DNA of 64,000 bases from an uncultured bacterium (GCA_963696395.1 CAVOJZ010000002.1:6433-70432), one strand, 5' to 3'. Positions 1 to 11,737 are shown, numbered from the stretch's first letter. A program made the numbers and translations. Notes: generated from the letters alone by a model not told the origin.

Positions 1-704
<704 letters not shown>

Positions 705-708
<4 letters not shown>

Positions 709-914
709 GCGTCGACGAGGGGCTCGCCGAGCTCGCCGCGGAGATCGACGCGCTCGCCGAGCGCCTGGCGGATCGCTCCTTGGAGCTCCTTCGCACCGCG
801 GTCCGCGAGGGGCCGACCACGGAGGCGGCGCGGCGCGAGAAGCTCGTGACCCGGGCTCGGCGATCCCTCGAGAAGGCCGCGACGCTGCTGCGCGGCCTCG
901 ACGACGAGCGATAG
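705..914 (+). CDS. Small helical hypothetical protein
   Basis: The GTG start overlaps the upstream TGA (GTGA). Product is amphipathic (LAELAAEIDALAERLADRSLELLR...RARRSLEKAATLL). Confidence 0.65.
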
Positions 915-918
915 GACG

Positions 919-1938
919 TCAGTACTCGTTGAGCGCGTCGATGAGCGCGCGCAGCCGCGCGTAGCTGAACTTGTCGAAGCGCAGCGCCACCCGCGCGAGG
1001 TCGAGGTGGTCGTGATCGGATCGCTCGGGCGGCAGGGGCTGGGTCGAGCGGATCCTCCCTGACACCGTGATGTCCTTGAACTGCTCGGACAGCTCGAGCA
1101 GCGCCGCGTCGTCGGGGAGCCGTGCGAGGCGCAGCACGAGCAGGTCCCCGACCCATCGGGCGGAGTGGTAGTTGCGGTAGTAGCGCTGGATCTCCGCGCA
1201 CGCCTCGTGCACGCTCGTCGCGATGCGGAAGAACGCGAGGTCGGGCACCGAGACGTAGCCGCGCGCGACGACCTCCTCCTCGACGAAGCGGAGCCAGGCG
1301 TGCCAGAACCCCTCCGCCGGGGGTCTCGACGAGGACGACCGGCGCGGGCTCGGCCTTCCCGGTCTGCAGGAGCGTCAGGAGCTCGAAGCACTCGTCGAGG
1401 GTGCCGAAGCCGCCCGGCAGGACGACGTAGGCGTGAGACTCCTTGATGAGCATCAGCTTGCGCGTGAAGAAGTAGCGCATCTCGACGAGCTTCGGGTCCT
1501 GTGCGATGAACGCGTTCGCGCCCTGCTCGTGGGGGAGGCGGATGTTCACGCCGAAGGAGCGGTCCCGGCCCGCGCCCTCGGTGCCCGCGGCCATGATCCC
1601 GGGGCCCGCGCCGGTCACGATCATCCAGCCGTCCGACGCGAGCTGGCGAGCGAGGTCGCGTGCGAGCACGTAGATCGGGTCCTCGGGTGCGGTGCGCGCC
1701 GAGCCGAACATCGTGACCTTGCGCACGTTGCGCCAGGGACGGAAGACCTCGAAGGCCTCAGCCATCTCCTTCAGCGCGGTGTCGGCGATCTTCAGGTCGA
1801 GGGTGTCGACTGTCCACGCGCGCGAGCTGCACCACGGTCTCGAACATGGACACGACGAGGTCACGCTGCTGTCGGGCAGAGCCCTGCACCTGCGACGAGC
1901 TCGTCGACGACGGTCCGGACGCGCTCGTCGGTCGTCAT
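919..1938 (-). CDS. LOG family (TIGR00730-like) nucleotide phosphoribohydrolase, frameshifted
   Basis: Motifs KVTMFGSART, IVTGAGPGIMAA, RYFFTRKLMLIKES and PGGFGTLDE; the C-terminus is in ORF 919..1248. The ATG overlaps the fbiC stop (ATGA). Confidence 0.85.
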
Positions 1939-4209
1939 GCCGTCGGGCGTAGAGGGTGGTGCGCTGCACGCAGCGGCCGACCGAGCGGGCGCGACGATGG
2001 CTCGCGAGCTCGTCGACGCCCATGCCCTGCCCGTGCGCCGCGCCCGCGGCGCGCGAGATGTTCTCGTCCATCAGCGTGCCGCCGAGGTCGTTGGCGCCCG
2101 CGACGAGCACCTGGCGCGAGCCCTCGGCGCCGAGCTTCACCCAGGAGACCTGGATGTTGTCGATGGCGCCGGCGTAGCGCGAGCCGCCCGACGGCGTGCA
2201 TGAGGAGCGTCTCGCGGAAGGTCGGGCCGCTTCGCGCGCCATGCCGCGCAGGTAGATCGGCGTCGCCATGTGCACGAACGGGCAGCGGCACGAACTCGGT
2301 GAAGCCGCCCGTGCGCCGCTGGAGCTCCCGCGTGCGCGAGCAGGTGTCGCGCCCAGCGAGCGCGGCTGCTCGACGGCGCCGAACATGATCGTGACGTTCG
2401 AGCGCAGCCCGACCGACGTGGGCGGTCTCGTGCACCTCGAGCCACTGCGTCGGTGTTGATCTTGTCGGGGCACAGGACCTTGCGCGACCTCGTCGTCGAG
2501 GATCTCGGCGGCCGTGCCCGGCAGCGTCTTCAGCCCGGCGTCCTTCAGGCGCGTCAGGTACTCGGCAGCGACACGCCCGAGCGCCGCGCGCCCTCGAAGC
2601 ACCTCGAGCGCGCTGAAGGCGTGAATGTGGATCGTCGGGCGAGCCCTCCCGGACCGCGCGCAGCGACGTCGAGGTAGTAGTCGCCGTCGAAGGACGGGTG
2701 GATCCCGCCCTGCAGGCAGACCTCGGTGCGCCCGCGGTCCTCGGCCTCGCGCGACCCGGCGCGCGACCTCCTCGAGGTCGAGCAGGTACGGGTCGCCGCG
2801 CAGGTTGAGCGAGAGCGGTCCCTTCGAGAACGCGCAGAACCGGCACTTGAAGGTGCAGACGTTCGTGTAGTTGATGTTGCGGTTCACGACGTAGGTGACG
2901 TCCTCGACCATTGACCTCGCGCCGCAGGCGTCGGCGCGCCTCGGAGATCGCGTCGACGTCGCCGCCGCGCGCGCTGAAGAGCGCACGAGCTCGTCCTCGC
3001 CGAGCTCGTGACCCGAGCGCACGCCGGCGAGCACCTCGGCGACCGCGCCGCGGACCGACGAGCGACGCGGCGCCGCACCGGCGGCGGCGGCTCGGCGCCC
3101 CCGAGACCCAGGCGTCGTCGCGGCCGTAGCCGTCGGCGTCGTCGGAGCTGGAGGACCTTGGGCGCAGGGCAGCGTCGAGCCACCGCTCCGGGTCGACGCG
3201 CCACCTCGGGGTAGACCGTGAGCCGCGGGGCGAGCGCGAAGCCCGCGCTCGATCGACACCGTCGCGAGCGTGCTCGAGCTGCGGCCAGGCGCGCTCGGGG
3301 TTCACGTGGTCGAGCGTCACCGGCGAGATGCCCGCCGAGGTCGTCGGTGCCTGCGTCGACGATCGAGTCGGGTCGTCGCACGAGGTTGGGCGGTGCCTGG
3401 ACGTGGACGCGTTGGGCAGGAGCAGGCGCGCGGCCGCGATCGTCCAGAGCAGCTCCTCGAGCGGGGCCGGCGGCCAGTCGGCCATCGGGGTCCTCGGCTT
3501 CGGCAGGAAGTTCTGGACGATCACCTCTTGGACGTGGCCGTGGCGCTCGTGGCGACTCGGCGATCGCCGCCAGCGCGCTCAGACGGTCGGCGCGGTCCTC
3601 GCCGATCCCGACGAGCACGCCCGTGGTGAACGGGATGGCGAGCTCGCCGGCGAGCGCGAGCGTCGCGAGGCGACGCTCGGGCGTCTTGTCAGGGGCCAGG
3701 CGGTGCGCGTCGAGGTCGTCGCGCAGCGACTCGAGCATCATCCCCTGGCTGGCTGCGACCGCGCGCAGCGCGCGAGCTCGTCGCGGTAGAGGGCCCCTGC
3801 GTTCGCGTGGGGGAGCAGGCCCGTCTCGGGGAGCACGGCCGCGCAGGCCGCCGCGAGGTACTCGACGGTCGATCGCGTAGCCGTGCTGCCGCCAGCCACG
3901 ACGCGGCGTCGGCGTAGCGCAGCTCGGGTCGCTCGCCCAAGCGTGAAGAGGGCCTCGGTGCAGCCCGCCGCCGCGCCGCGCGCGCGCGAGGTCGAGGACC
4001 TCGTCGATCGACAGGTAGGGCGCGGCGAGGTGCGCCGGCGCCTTCGCGAAGGTGCAGTAGCCGCAGCGGTCCCGGCACAGCTCGGTCAGCGGGATGAAGA
4101 CCTTCGGCGAGTAGGTGACGGTCCGGCCGAAGAGTCGGTCGCGTCGCTCCCTCGCCACCTCGGCGAGCTCGCCGCTCGGCGCGTCGAGGAGGTCGTCGAG
4201 GACGATCAC
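1935..4209 (-). CDS. fbiC: Bifunctional FO synthase CofG/CofH (F420 precursor), many frameshifts
   Basis: Two radical-SAM motifs: TYSPKVFIPLTELCRDRCGYC (CofG) and VVNRNINYTNVCTFKCRFC (CofH). Also GANDLGGTLMDENISRAAGA. Start position is approximate. Confidence 0.88.
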
Positions 4210-4225
4210 GGGCGTCGGGGCCGGC

Positions 4226-5311
4226 TCACGCGACCGCCCGCTTCGAGTCGATCGTGGCGAGCAGCTCAGCGTAGCTGTCGGCGAACGACGCGACGCCCCG
4301 CTGCTCGAGCACCTCGGCGACGTCGTCCATCGAGACACCGGCGGCCTCGATCGCCTCGAGCGTCGCGTGCGCCTCGCCGACCTCGACGTCCACGGTCCTC
4401 GCGACGGTCCCGTGGTCGCGGAACGCCTCGATGGTCTCATCGGGCATCGTGTTCACCGTCGAGGGTCCGATCAGCGTGTCGACGTACAGGAGGTCGGCGT
4501 ACGCGGGGTTCTTCGTCGAGGTCGACGCCCAGAGCGGTCGCTGGGGCCTCGCCCCTGCGGCCGCGAGGGCCGCGAACCGCGCGCCGCCATGGTGCTCGGT
4601 GAACCGCTCGTAGGCGAGCTTCGCCTGCGCGACGGCGGCGCGACCCTTGAGCGAGCTCGGCGCGTGGAGCGCGTCGAGCCGCGCGTCGACCTCGGTGTCG
4701 ACCCTCGAGACGAAGAACGACGCCACCGAGGCGATCCGGTGCAGGTCCCGGCCTGCGGCCGCCGCCTGCTCGAGGCCGCCCATGAAGGCGTCCATCACCG
4801 CGACGTAGCGCTCGAGCCCGAAGATGAGCGTCACGTTGATGCTGATGCCCTCGGCGAGGAGCGCGGTGATCGCGCCGAGCCCCTCGACGGTCGCGGGGAC
4901 CTTCACGAGCAGGTTGTCGAGGGAGAACTTGGCCGACACCGCCCGCGCCGCGGCGATCGTGGCGTCGGTGTCGTGCGCGAGCGTGGGTGCGACCTCGAAG
5001 GAGACGAAGCCATCGGCCCCGTCGGACGACTCGTAGAGCGGCCGAAGCAGCGCCGCGACGTCGGAGATGTCGCGTCCGGCGAGCTCGACGAACGCCTCGT
5101 CGGACTTCGTGTCGCCGAGCGTGGCCACCTGCTCGTCGTAGAGGTCGGTCGCCTCGAGCGCCTTCGCGAAGATCGTCGGGTTGGAGGTGACGCCCCGGAT
5201 GCCCTCGTCGACGAGGGTCGCCATCGTGCCGTCGCGGAGCCAGTCGCGCCGGATGTTGTCGAGCCAGGGGCTCTGGCCACCGTGGTCGAAGAGCGAGGCG
5301 AGCGTGGTCAT
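4226..5311 (-). CDS. tal: Transaldolase
   Basis: GQSPWLDNIRR, GVTSNPTIF, VKVPAT, ASFFVSRVDT, RPLWASTSTKNP. Confidence 0.95.
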   Translation of the reverse strand: MTTLASLFDHGGQSPWLDNIRRDWLRDGTMATLVDEGIRGVTSNPTIFAKALEATDLYDEQVATLGDTKSDEAFVELAGRDISDVAALLRPLYESSDGADGFVSFEVAPTLAHDTDATIAAARAVSAKFSLDNLLVKVPATVEGLGAITALLAEGISINVTLIFGLERYVAVMDAFMGGLEQAAAAGRDLHRIASVASFFVSRVDTEVDARLDALHAPSSLKGRAAVAQAKLAYERFTEHHGGARFAALAAAGARPQRPLWASTSTKNPAYADLLYVDTLIGPSTVNTMPDETIEAFRDHGTVARTVDVEVGEAHATLEAIEAAGVSMDDVAEVLEQRGVASFADSYAELLATIDSKRAVA

Positions 5312-6018
5312 GCGCCGAGCAGCTCCTTCACCGTTGACGCGACGGCGGACGCCGTGAAGCCGAAGAACTCGAGCGCCACGTCACCAGGGGCGCTCACGCC
5401 GAACGTGTCGATGCCGATGGACTCGTCGGCGTAGCGCTCCCAGCCGAGCGTGACCCCCGCCTCGACGGAGAGGACGGGCAGGTCCTCGGGGAAGACGGAC
5501 GCCTGGTACTCGAAGCTCGTCGCGTCGAACCACTCCCAGCACGGCATCGAGACGACCCGGACCGGCATCCCCGCGGCCTCGAGGGGCGCCGCCGCCTCGA
5601 GGCAGAGGTGCACCTCGCTGCCCGTCGCGACGAGCGTCGCCTGGGCGCCGGCCGGGTCCGAGAGCACGTACGCGCCGTCGAGGGGGGTGCCCACGGCGGG
5701 GTGCAGCACCTCGTCGAGCACCGGCAAGGCCTGGCGCGACAGGATCATCGCCGCCGGGCCGTCGACGGCCAGGAACGCGTCGAACACCGCCTCGCACTCG
5801 TTGGCGTCCGCGGGGCGGATCACGTCGAGCCCGGGGATCGCGCGCAGCGAGCACAGCTGGTCGACCGGCTGGTGGGTCGGGCCGTCCTGGCCGAGGCCGA
5901 TCGAGTCGTGGCTGAACAGGTACCGCACGGGCGCCTCGGAGATCGCCGCCACGCGGATCGCAGAGCGCATGTAGTCGGAGAACGCGAAGAACGTCGCGCC
6001 CACCGGGATGATCCCGCC
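5308..6018 (-). CDS. tkt: Transketolase, C-terminal part only (cut at the junction)
   Basis: GATFFAFSDYMR, SHDSIGLGQDGPTHQP, RPADANE, ATGSEV, VVSMPCWE, FGVSAPG. It lies directly upstream of tal. Confidence 0.9.
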   Translation of the reverse strand, partial: GGIIPVGATFFAFSDYMRSAIRVAAISEAPVRYLFSHDSIGLGQDGPTHQPVDQLCSLRAIPGLDVIRPADANECEAVFDAFLAVDGPAAMILSRQALPVLDEVLHPAVGTPLDGAYVLSDPAGAQATLVATGSEVHLCLEAAAPLEAAGMPVRVVSMPCWEWFDATSFEYQASVFPEDLPVLSVEAGVTLGWERYADESIGIDTFGVSAPGDVALEFFGFTASAVASTVKELLGA

Positions 6019-6025
6019 GGAAAGG
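6015..6025. other. Probable chimeric assembly junction (actinobacterial left, Patescibacteria right)
   Basis: GC content and error rate change abruptly. The reading frame switches from an ATPase (KIFIANLS) to transketolase (GGIIPVGATFF) with no intergenic DNA. Confidence 0.85.
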
Positions 6026-6753
6026 TTTGCAATAAATATTTTTCCGGAATCCATAATGTCTCGCATATTGATCGTCGAACGTGACTGGCCTAAAATATTC
6101 CGGATGAGCGGATTTGAAACGAACTGCCCGACTTTGTTTTGGATCGCCGCCAATGCTTCGGTTTCCAATTTTTGCGAATAGCGCGCAAACTCATTCTGCC
6201 AGAAAGCCTTGATGATCGGATCTTTCAGGTTATCTACGATATTTTTTCGGTACGGCGGCTCCGAAAACATGCGCAAAACGCCAAGCAACGTTGAGCCGGG
6301 GTATTCGAGAAGGGCAAGCAACGTATTGTTTAAAATGTATTCCATGCGCGCCGACCATGCGTCAACCCAGATTTTCTTGAAAACACCCATGATGCCCGAA
6401 GCGACCAGATGGCGGAACTCGGTCCCGACCTGTTCCATTGGGTTAAACGCAACCGGGTGCTCCATGTCCGAAGGATCGAAATAGATGACGTCATCGAGCC
6501 GATTCTCGGGAATAAAATCCAAAAGCATTTCGGCGGATGAACCGTGCGGATCGATAAAGGCAATTCCTTTCCCCGATTTAATGTCGGCGATCGCCATATT
6601 CTCAAGGAGCGTACTTTTTCCGACCCCTGTTTTTCCCACCACATATACGTGGCGCCGGCGGTCATCAAGTTTGATGCCAAATTTTTGCTCTTTATTGCCC
6701 CTGAAATTATGGAATCCGAGCGGGGTGATGTCTTTGTTTTGGTCGTGTGGCAT
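6019..6753 (-). CDS. VirD4/TrwB/HerA-like P-loop ATPase of the type common in CPR, N-terminal part only
   Basis: DDRRRHVYVVGKTGVGKS (Walker A), FIDPHG, FNPME, RMEYILNN, IQNKVGQF. Truncated at ANLS, before Walker B. Confidence 0.85.
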
Positions 6754-6756
6754 TGG

Positions 6757-8073
6757 TTATTGTAATTCCTCTTCTTCAATGACCGGCAGCGATGCCGGTG
6801 GACTACCTTTGCGGGAACCGATCTTTTCAAGTTCGGTGGTGGAAACCGTGCCAAGCGGAAAATGGAAAAGGGTCGCGAGCTCCTCGGTGTTAAAGACAGC
6901 TGTTGGTGATCCGTGGAGAATATTTTTGTAATGTTCGTAGAGAAGTCGCTTCCGCCAGGCGAGACGAGTTTTTTTAAATAATCCTTTCACCGCATAACCC
7001 GCGGTCGTAGTCGACTTCTCCGGTTTTAACTGCTGAAGGTTTTGTGTATTAAACTGGCGCATAAAACCATGGAGTGAGTTGATATAGCCCGAATCGGGCG
7101 ACGCAACATCCCTCTGGGTGATTACTACAAATCGGACCGTCGTATCAAACGAAAGTTTGGCAATTTTCTGCTGGATTGCATCGCCGCGCTCCTTGTCATG
7201 GGGCGAAAGCAAAAGCCGCGGAAACTTGTCCTTTTCCTCTTTTTTCGCAGCCCGTTCACCGGGATGCTGAAACGGTGCCCGCACAACATCTTCGGCGGTG
7301 AAGCCAAGATCGAATCCCGCGAAAACTCCTTTCTTTTTTTCTTCAGTCAGGCCATACATTTTATCGAGCGCAGCCTTTCCCGCCTTAAACGTAGTCTCGC
7401 CAGCCGGACGAACAAGAACCTGATACCAGATTTGTTCGCCCTCTTTCAATTTTGACATGATCTCCATGAGGCCGGCGATTGGATCAAGTCTTTGCTCCTC
7501 GACGCTTTCCTCGAACATTGGATAGGTCCGGATTGGGAAATAAGCTTCGTGGCGCTGGACTTCTTCAAATCCGGAAAGGTCAAAGTTACGGTTCGGGATG
7601 ATCTTCGGCATTTCGTCCAGATAGTCATCCGCTTCGGTGATTTCCGCGTCGGGATACTGACCGTAAATCGCCGACTCAATCATATTCCGATATTCATCCG
7701 GAACGCGTAGGTAAAAATGTGTCTCCCCTACCCGCCCAATCAACTCGAATGACATCCAATATTCATCTCTGCCTTGTATGTATTTTTGAAACCAACTATA
7801 GCCATAGGAATACGGAGCGTGGGCGGCGGCAAAGATCTGCTCCATGGCCTTCGGTGTTTTTAGAATATTTTTAGGAACTTTAAGCTCCAACAACGTCCAG
7901 TGAATATGGTGTACCCACTTGTGATGCAAATAAAGATGCCAGGCTTCCCAAAAAACGATGATCGCAATAAGGGGCGCAGCAAACCACCAGACCGCCTCCC
8001 AGACGGCCCATATACTGCCCAGAATTCCCAGAACGAAAGACGGCAATGTTGGCAATGAAAAGAAATTAGACAT
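6757..8073 (-). CDS. Conserved membrane-anchored protein coupled to the ATPase (typical CPR pair)
   Basis: N-terminal TM segment, LLELKVPK...PKAMEQIF, SFELIG, IESAIYGQYPDAEI, NTEELATLFHFP. It ends 3 bp upstream of the ATPase. Confidence 0.75.
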   Translation of the reverse strand: MSNFFSLPTLPSFVLGILGSIWAVWEAVWWFAAPLIAIIVFWEAWHLYLHHKWVHHIHWTLLELKVPKNILKTPKAMEQIFAAAHAPYSYGYSWFQKYIQGRDEYWMSFELIGRVGETHFYLRVPDEYRNMIESAIYGQYPDAEITEADDYLDEMPKIIPNRNFDLSGFEEVQRHEAYFPIRTYPMFEESVEEQRLDPIAGLMEIMSKLKEGEQIWYQVLVRPAGETTFKAGKAALDKMYGLTEEKKKGVFAGFDLGFTAEDVVRAPFQHPGERAAKKEEKDKFPRLLLSPHDKERGDAIQQKIAKLSFDTTVRFVVITQRDVASPDSGYINSLHGFMRQFNTQNLQQLKPEKSTTTAGYAVKGLFKKTRLAWRKRLLYEHYKNILHGSPTAVFNTEELATLFHFPLGTVSTTELEKIGSRKGSPPASLPVIEEEELQ

Positions 8074-8139
8074 AGTACGCTATCTTAAGGATAGCAAAAT
8101 TTTCAAAAGTGCGGAGGGCGGATGCGAACGCAATCAAGC

Positions 8140-9171
8140 CTACGCCTCCCGGACGCGATACCTGCCGTCCGGCATGCGCTCAAAGTAACTCTTATTTTGC
8201 AAATTGATAAGAATGGTGTTCGGCTTGAAAAAACGCTCATGATTTACATGGGTGACGACATCAGTCGGGCGCAACGGTCCGCGGTGCTTCAAAACTTTTG
8301 CGATCACCTGCCGTGCAGTGCCCGGTTCATACCCGTTCTCTTTCAATCCGTACATCCCGCGTCCGACGAGGACAAACCGCTCATCCTTGATAAGTTCGTT
8401 GTGGACGGTCGGAGCAAGAGCTTTCTGATCATCAAAACCAACATTGTTGATATGCTTGGCGATATCCTCAAAATGGAGCGGCTCCGCCTTTTTCTTCAAA
8501 ACCAAATAGATTTTGTCCCGAACGGTTGAAGGGCTTATCTCAGGCCATTCCCGAAGACCAACATCGCCATACGGGTTCTGATGAATCCGCTTTGAAAGTG
8601 AGAGGTAATTTTCGGCGATATTTTTCTGAGCCGATTTCGATTTCAAAAACGACGCGAGCTGAACGTTATACGAATCTGCAAATACCTTATCCTTCCGGTC
8701 TTTCAAAAAATTAACCCAATTATCGACAAAAGTCTGCGCTGTTTTCATGTCTTTCTCGCTCACGTAATAGAAGGGGTGATAGCGCTCGTCTTCGCGGTAC
8801 AAATTAAAAGCTCCCGTTGCTTCGGCAAGGAAATCGAGGTGCTCCTCCCGGACTCCGTTCATTACCGTTGACGCAAACTGGGCAACATCCTCCTTTCGGG
8901 CGACGCCGCCTTTGCTTGCGATAAATTTCTTAATGCGGTCAAGCGCAGTTCCTGCTTCTGGGTTTTGCAGGAGGTTTTTCTTTACGAGCACGATCGCGCC
9001 GTTTTCAATCTGGCGCACCCGCTCACGGGTTACATTCAACCGATCCCCGATTGCAGCCAGAGTTTCGCCTCCGGAGCCCTTTTCCAGCCCAAAACGAGCC
9101 GTTATAACCTCCTTTTGACGGGGGCTTAGGTCGGCCAATGCGCTGGTTACGATTTTAGAGATAGACGACAT
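8140..9171 (-). CDS. Protein with sigma-70 region-4 HTH and C-terminal winged HTH (RpoE/HARE-like)
   Basis: LSPRQKEVITARFGL...TLAAIGDRLNVTRERVRQIE; PLHFEDIA...TVHNELIKDERFVLVGRGMYGL. Confidence 0.8.
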   Translation of the reverse strand: MSSISKIVTSALADLSPRQKEVITARFGLEKGSGGETLAAIGDRLNVTRERVRQIENGAIVLVKKNLLQNPEAGTALDRIKKFIASKGGVARKEDVAQFASTVMNGVREEHLDFLAEATGAFNLYREDERYHPFYYVSEKDMKTAQTFVDNWVNFLKDRKDKVFADSYNVQLASFLKSKSAQKNIAENYLSLSKRIHQNPYGDVGLREWPEISPSTVRDKIYLVLKKKAEPLHFEDIAKHINNVGFDDQKALAPTVHNELIKDERFVLVGRGMYGLKENGYEPGTARQVIAKVLKHRGPLRPTDVVTHVNHERFFKPNTILINLQNKSYFERMPDGRYRVREA

Positions 9172-9199
9172 GGTTTATTTATTTTCTTGTAATATAACC

Positions 9200-9230
9200 T
9201 ATACTACACTAAAACGCAAGGCCCTGTCAA
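9200..9230 (-). promoter_or_regulatory. Sigma70-type promoter for the HTH gene
   Basis: TTGACA (tgtcaa at 9225-9230) followed by TAGTAT on the minus strand. Confidence 0.55.
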
Positions 9231-9249
9231 CAACCCCTTGCCTAAGGAC

Positions 9250-10149
9250 CTAATTAGTGTCTTTCGGGCTAACAAGAACAAGCGCCGGACTCGCAATAAA
9301 GATTGACGAATAAATACCGGTCGTTACTCCAACGAGCAGCGTGAGAACGAAGTATTGCAGGTCGGTCGGGCCGGCAAAATAGAGTGCGAGGAGAACAAGG
9401 ATGAGCGTGAGTGACGTGTTGATTGAACGAGCCAAGGTCTGGTTCACGCTGTCATTGATAATTTTTTGGAACGGAACTTTTCCTCGTTGCGAAAGAAGAT
9501 TTTCACGAATCCGGTCAAATACCACAATTGTGTCATGAACCGAGAAGCCCATCACAACCAGCAACGCAACGATAAAGTTGCTGTCGATTTGCACGTTTTG
9601 CGTATGGCCAAGAAACGCAAGCAAGCCGGCCGGAATAGCGACATCGTGGAAAAGAGTTAAAAGCGTAATCCAGCCGTATTTCCATGAGCTGATTGGACGC
9701 GATGCCTTCCTGAAGGCATAAGCTATGTAAAGTGAAATTCCCACAAGAACAAGGATGATTGCAATAATGGCGTTCGTCTTGAGTCCGGCTCCAATCGAAG
9801 GGCTGATAGATTCAAAATTCAATTCCTGGAACGATGGCCACGTACTTTGGAGAATCTTCAAATCCTGCTGGTGGGTTGCTTCATCGAGTGTGTCGAATCG
9901 TGCCAGAAATTCCTGGTTGCCAGGGTCGTAGCTAATGATTGCGCCCTGAAGGTGAAGGGTGCTTACAAACAAGTTCTGAACCTCCGCAAGCGACGGCTGA
10001 TTTGTGGGTATCTTAAATTCCCACAACGATCCGCCTTTAAACTCTGCGCTTTCCTGGAAGCCGAAGGTGAGCATAGCGATGACCGCGAGTCCGACAAGGA
10101 TCGCCGAAAATGCAAACCATATTTTTTTATGTCCTACGATATTTAACAT
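9250..10149 (-). CDS. secF: Protein translocase subunit SecF
   Basis: EFKGGS, LFHDV, GFSVHDTIVVFDRIREN, TLARSINTSLT. Confidence 0.95.
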   Translation of the reverse strand: MLNIVGHKKIWFAFSAILVGLAVIAMLTFGFQESAEFKGGSLWEFKIPTNQPSLAEVQNLFVSTLHLQGAIISYDPGNQEFLARFDTLDEATHQQDLKILQSTWPSFQELNFESISPSIGAGLKTNAIIAIILVLVGISLYIAYAFRKASRPISSWKYGWITLLTLFHDVAIPAGLLAFLGHTQNVQIDSNFIVALLVVMGFSVHDTIVVFDRIRENLLSQRGKVPFQKIINDSVNQTLARSINTSLTLILVLLALYFAGPTDLQYFVLTLLVGVTTGIYSSIFIASPALVLVSPKDTN

Positions 10150-10151
10150 GG

Positions 10152-11408
10152 TTATGCTTTTGTCGATGTTGGTTTGAGCGACGTCTTATCTTTCAAAAAA
10201 ACGCGGAGGAAAAGCCTGGTCGTCGTAATGGCGCTGAACAAGCTCAACACAACACCGATAAGAAGCGTGAGCGCAAAGCCTCGTACAAAGCTTGAGGTGA
10301 AGAAATAGAGAATGAAAGCGGTGATGATGGTTGAGAAGTTGGAATCGCGAATTGACGGCCACGCCCGGCGGAATCCCTCTTCCAGCGCCGCAGCTTTGGA
10401 CAATCCCCGCTTCAGCTCTTCTTTGATGCGCTCGAAAATGAGAATGTTTGCGTCAACCGCCATACCAATCGTGAGAATGAAGCCCGCAAGGCCGGCAAGC
10501 GTCATCGTTACGCTAAAAATCTTGAAAATGCCGAGTGTAAGCGCGATATAGATGATGAGAGCCATTGCCGCGAAAAGCCCAAGAAGGCGGTAGTAAAAAA
10601 GCATAAAAAGAATGACGAGTATCGTGCCGATAATGCCCGCAAGGATCACTTTCTTTAATGAATCGGTTCCAAGGCTTGCACTGACTGTCTGCTGATTTAT
10701 CAGCTTGATCGGCGCCGGTAATGCTCCCGCATTAAATCGTCCGACAAGCTGCTGAGCGTCGGCAACCGTGAAACTCCCGCTGATAACCGCCGACCCGCCG
10801 GTGATGGCACTCTGAACCGTTGGGGCCTCGATCAATTGGTTGTCCAAAAATATCGCGAGCGGTTTGCCGACATTGGCGGCCGTAATTTCACCAAAGATTT
10901 TTGCGCCGTCAGTATTAAAATTGATCTGCACCTGCGGTTGACCGGTCGTCTGATCGAAAATAAGAGACGCTCCAGTGATGTATTGCCCGGTGAGATTTGT
11001 GTAGGTGTATTGCGTACCTGACGCAGTCTGGGCAACTTCGCGGAAATCAAGCAGTGGCGTTTGTCCTATTTGGTTAATTGCGTCACTCAAATTGCTTACG
11101 CCGGCAAGGTCAACATACAGTTGGGCCTGGTCCCCCGATTGCGAAGTATAAATATCTGGCTCGCTCACTCCGTATAAGTTAATGCGTTTTTCAATGACGT
11201 CCCGCATGCCCGAAACAACCGAACTCTGATCGGTTGACGAAACATTCGAGAGATCAATTTGATAGACCAAGTGGCTTCCGCCGACAAGATCAAGGCCGAG
11301 TTTCCATGGCATATAGCGCGCGCCGATCCATTTCGGATAAACAAAGAATCCCGCCGCGATTGCAACGAGAACGATAATGCATAAAAATAGGCCTGGGTGG
11401 CGCCTCAT
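10152..11408 (-). CDS. secD: Protein translocase subunit SecD
   Basis: LGLDLVGG, GVSEP, AGALPAP, GMAVDANILIFERIKEE, IRDSN. Confidence 0.95.
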   Translation of the reverse strand: MRRHPGLFLCIIVLVAIAAGFFVYPKWIGARYMPWKLGLDLVGGSHLVYQIDLSNVSSTDQSSVVSGMRDVIEKRINLYGVSEPDIYTSQSGDQAQLYVDLAGVSNLSDAINQIGQTPLLDFREVAQTASGTQYTYTNLTGQYITGASLIFDQTTGQPQVQINFNTDGAKIFGEITAANVGKPLAIFLDNQLIEAPTVQSAITGGSAVISGSFTVADAQQLVGRFNAGALPAPIKLINQQTVSASLGTDSLKKVILAGIIGTILVILFMLFYYRLLGLFAAMALIIYIALTLGIFKIFSVTMTLAGLAGFILTIGMAVDANILIFERIKEELKRGLSKAAALEEGFRRAWPSIRDSNFSTIITAFILYFFTSSFVRGFALTLLIGVVLSLFSAITTTRLFLRVFLKDKTSLKPTSTKA

Positions 11409-11486
11409 TGGGAATTATGATAACAAATTGCCAGAAAAAAAGAAAGGGCTTACCATCGTAGTAGAAACCCGCCACCAAGGAGGCGT

Positions 11487-11735
11487 ATGCAAATCGTAGG
11501 AAACGGCATCAACCTGAAGAGAAGCATCGAACTTGCGTGGCCGGATAAGGGAAAAATCAAAATCGCCTGCCTCGCTGAATTGAGTAGCCAATTGACATTT
11601 CCGACGTCTCAATGCGACGAACGGTGCCATAGCCCTGCACTTCGGAGGCAATATAAGGAACATGTGGAATTCGCAATCGACACGGCAACTTCGCCAGTCG
11701 ATCTTTGCGATAAGCTCTTCCAGATCCGCATTTAA
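11487..11735 (+). CDS. Hypothetical protein (stand-alone gene beside tRNA-Tyr)
   Basis: AAGGAGG ribosome-binding site 3 nt before the ATG and a terminator right after the stop. No family recognised. Confidence 0.55.
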   Translation: MQIVGNGINLKRSIELAWPDKGKIKIACLAELSSQLTFPTSQCDERCHSPALRRQYKEHVEFAIDTATSPVDLCDKLFQIRI

Positions 11736-11737
11736 AC

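Noticed and set aside
1935-4209. F420 biosynthesis in a CPR bacterium
   Set aside because: The gene is on the actinobacterial side of the junction, where fbiC is ordinary.
5308-6753. Novel ATPase-transketolase fusion protein
   Set aside because: Both halves are cut mid-domain at a sharp compositional break, which is best explained as a chimera.
9231-9241. CAAGGGG motif near several promoters (also at ~13770 and ~58900)
   Set aside because: Too short and inconsistently placed to call a regulon by eye.
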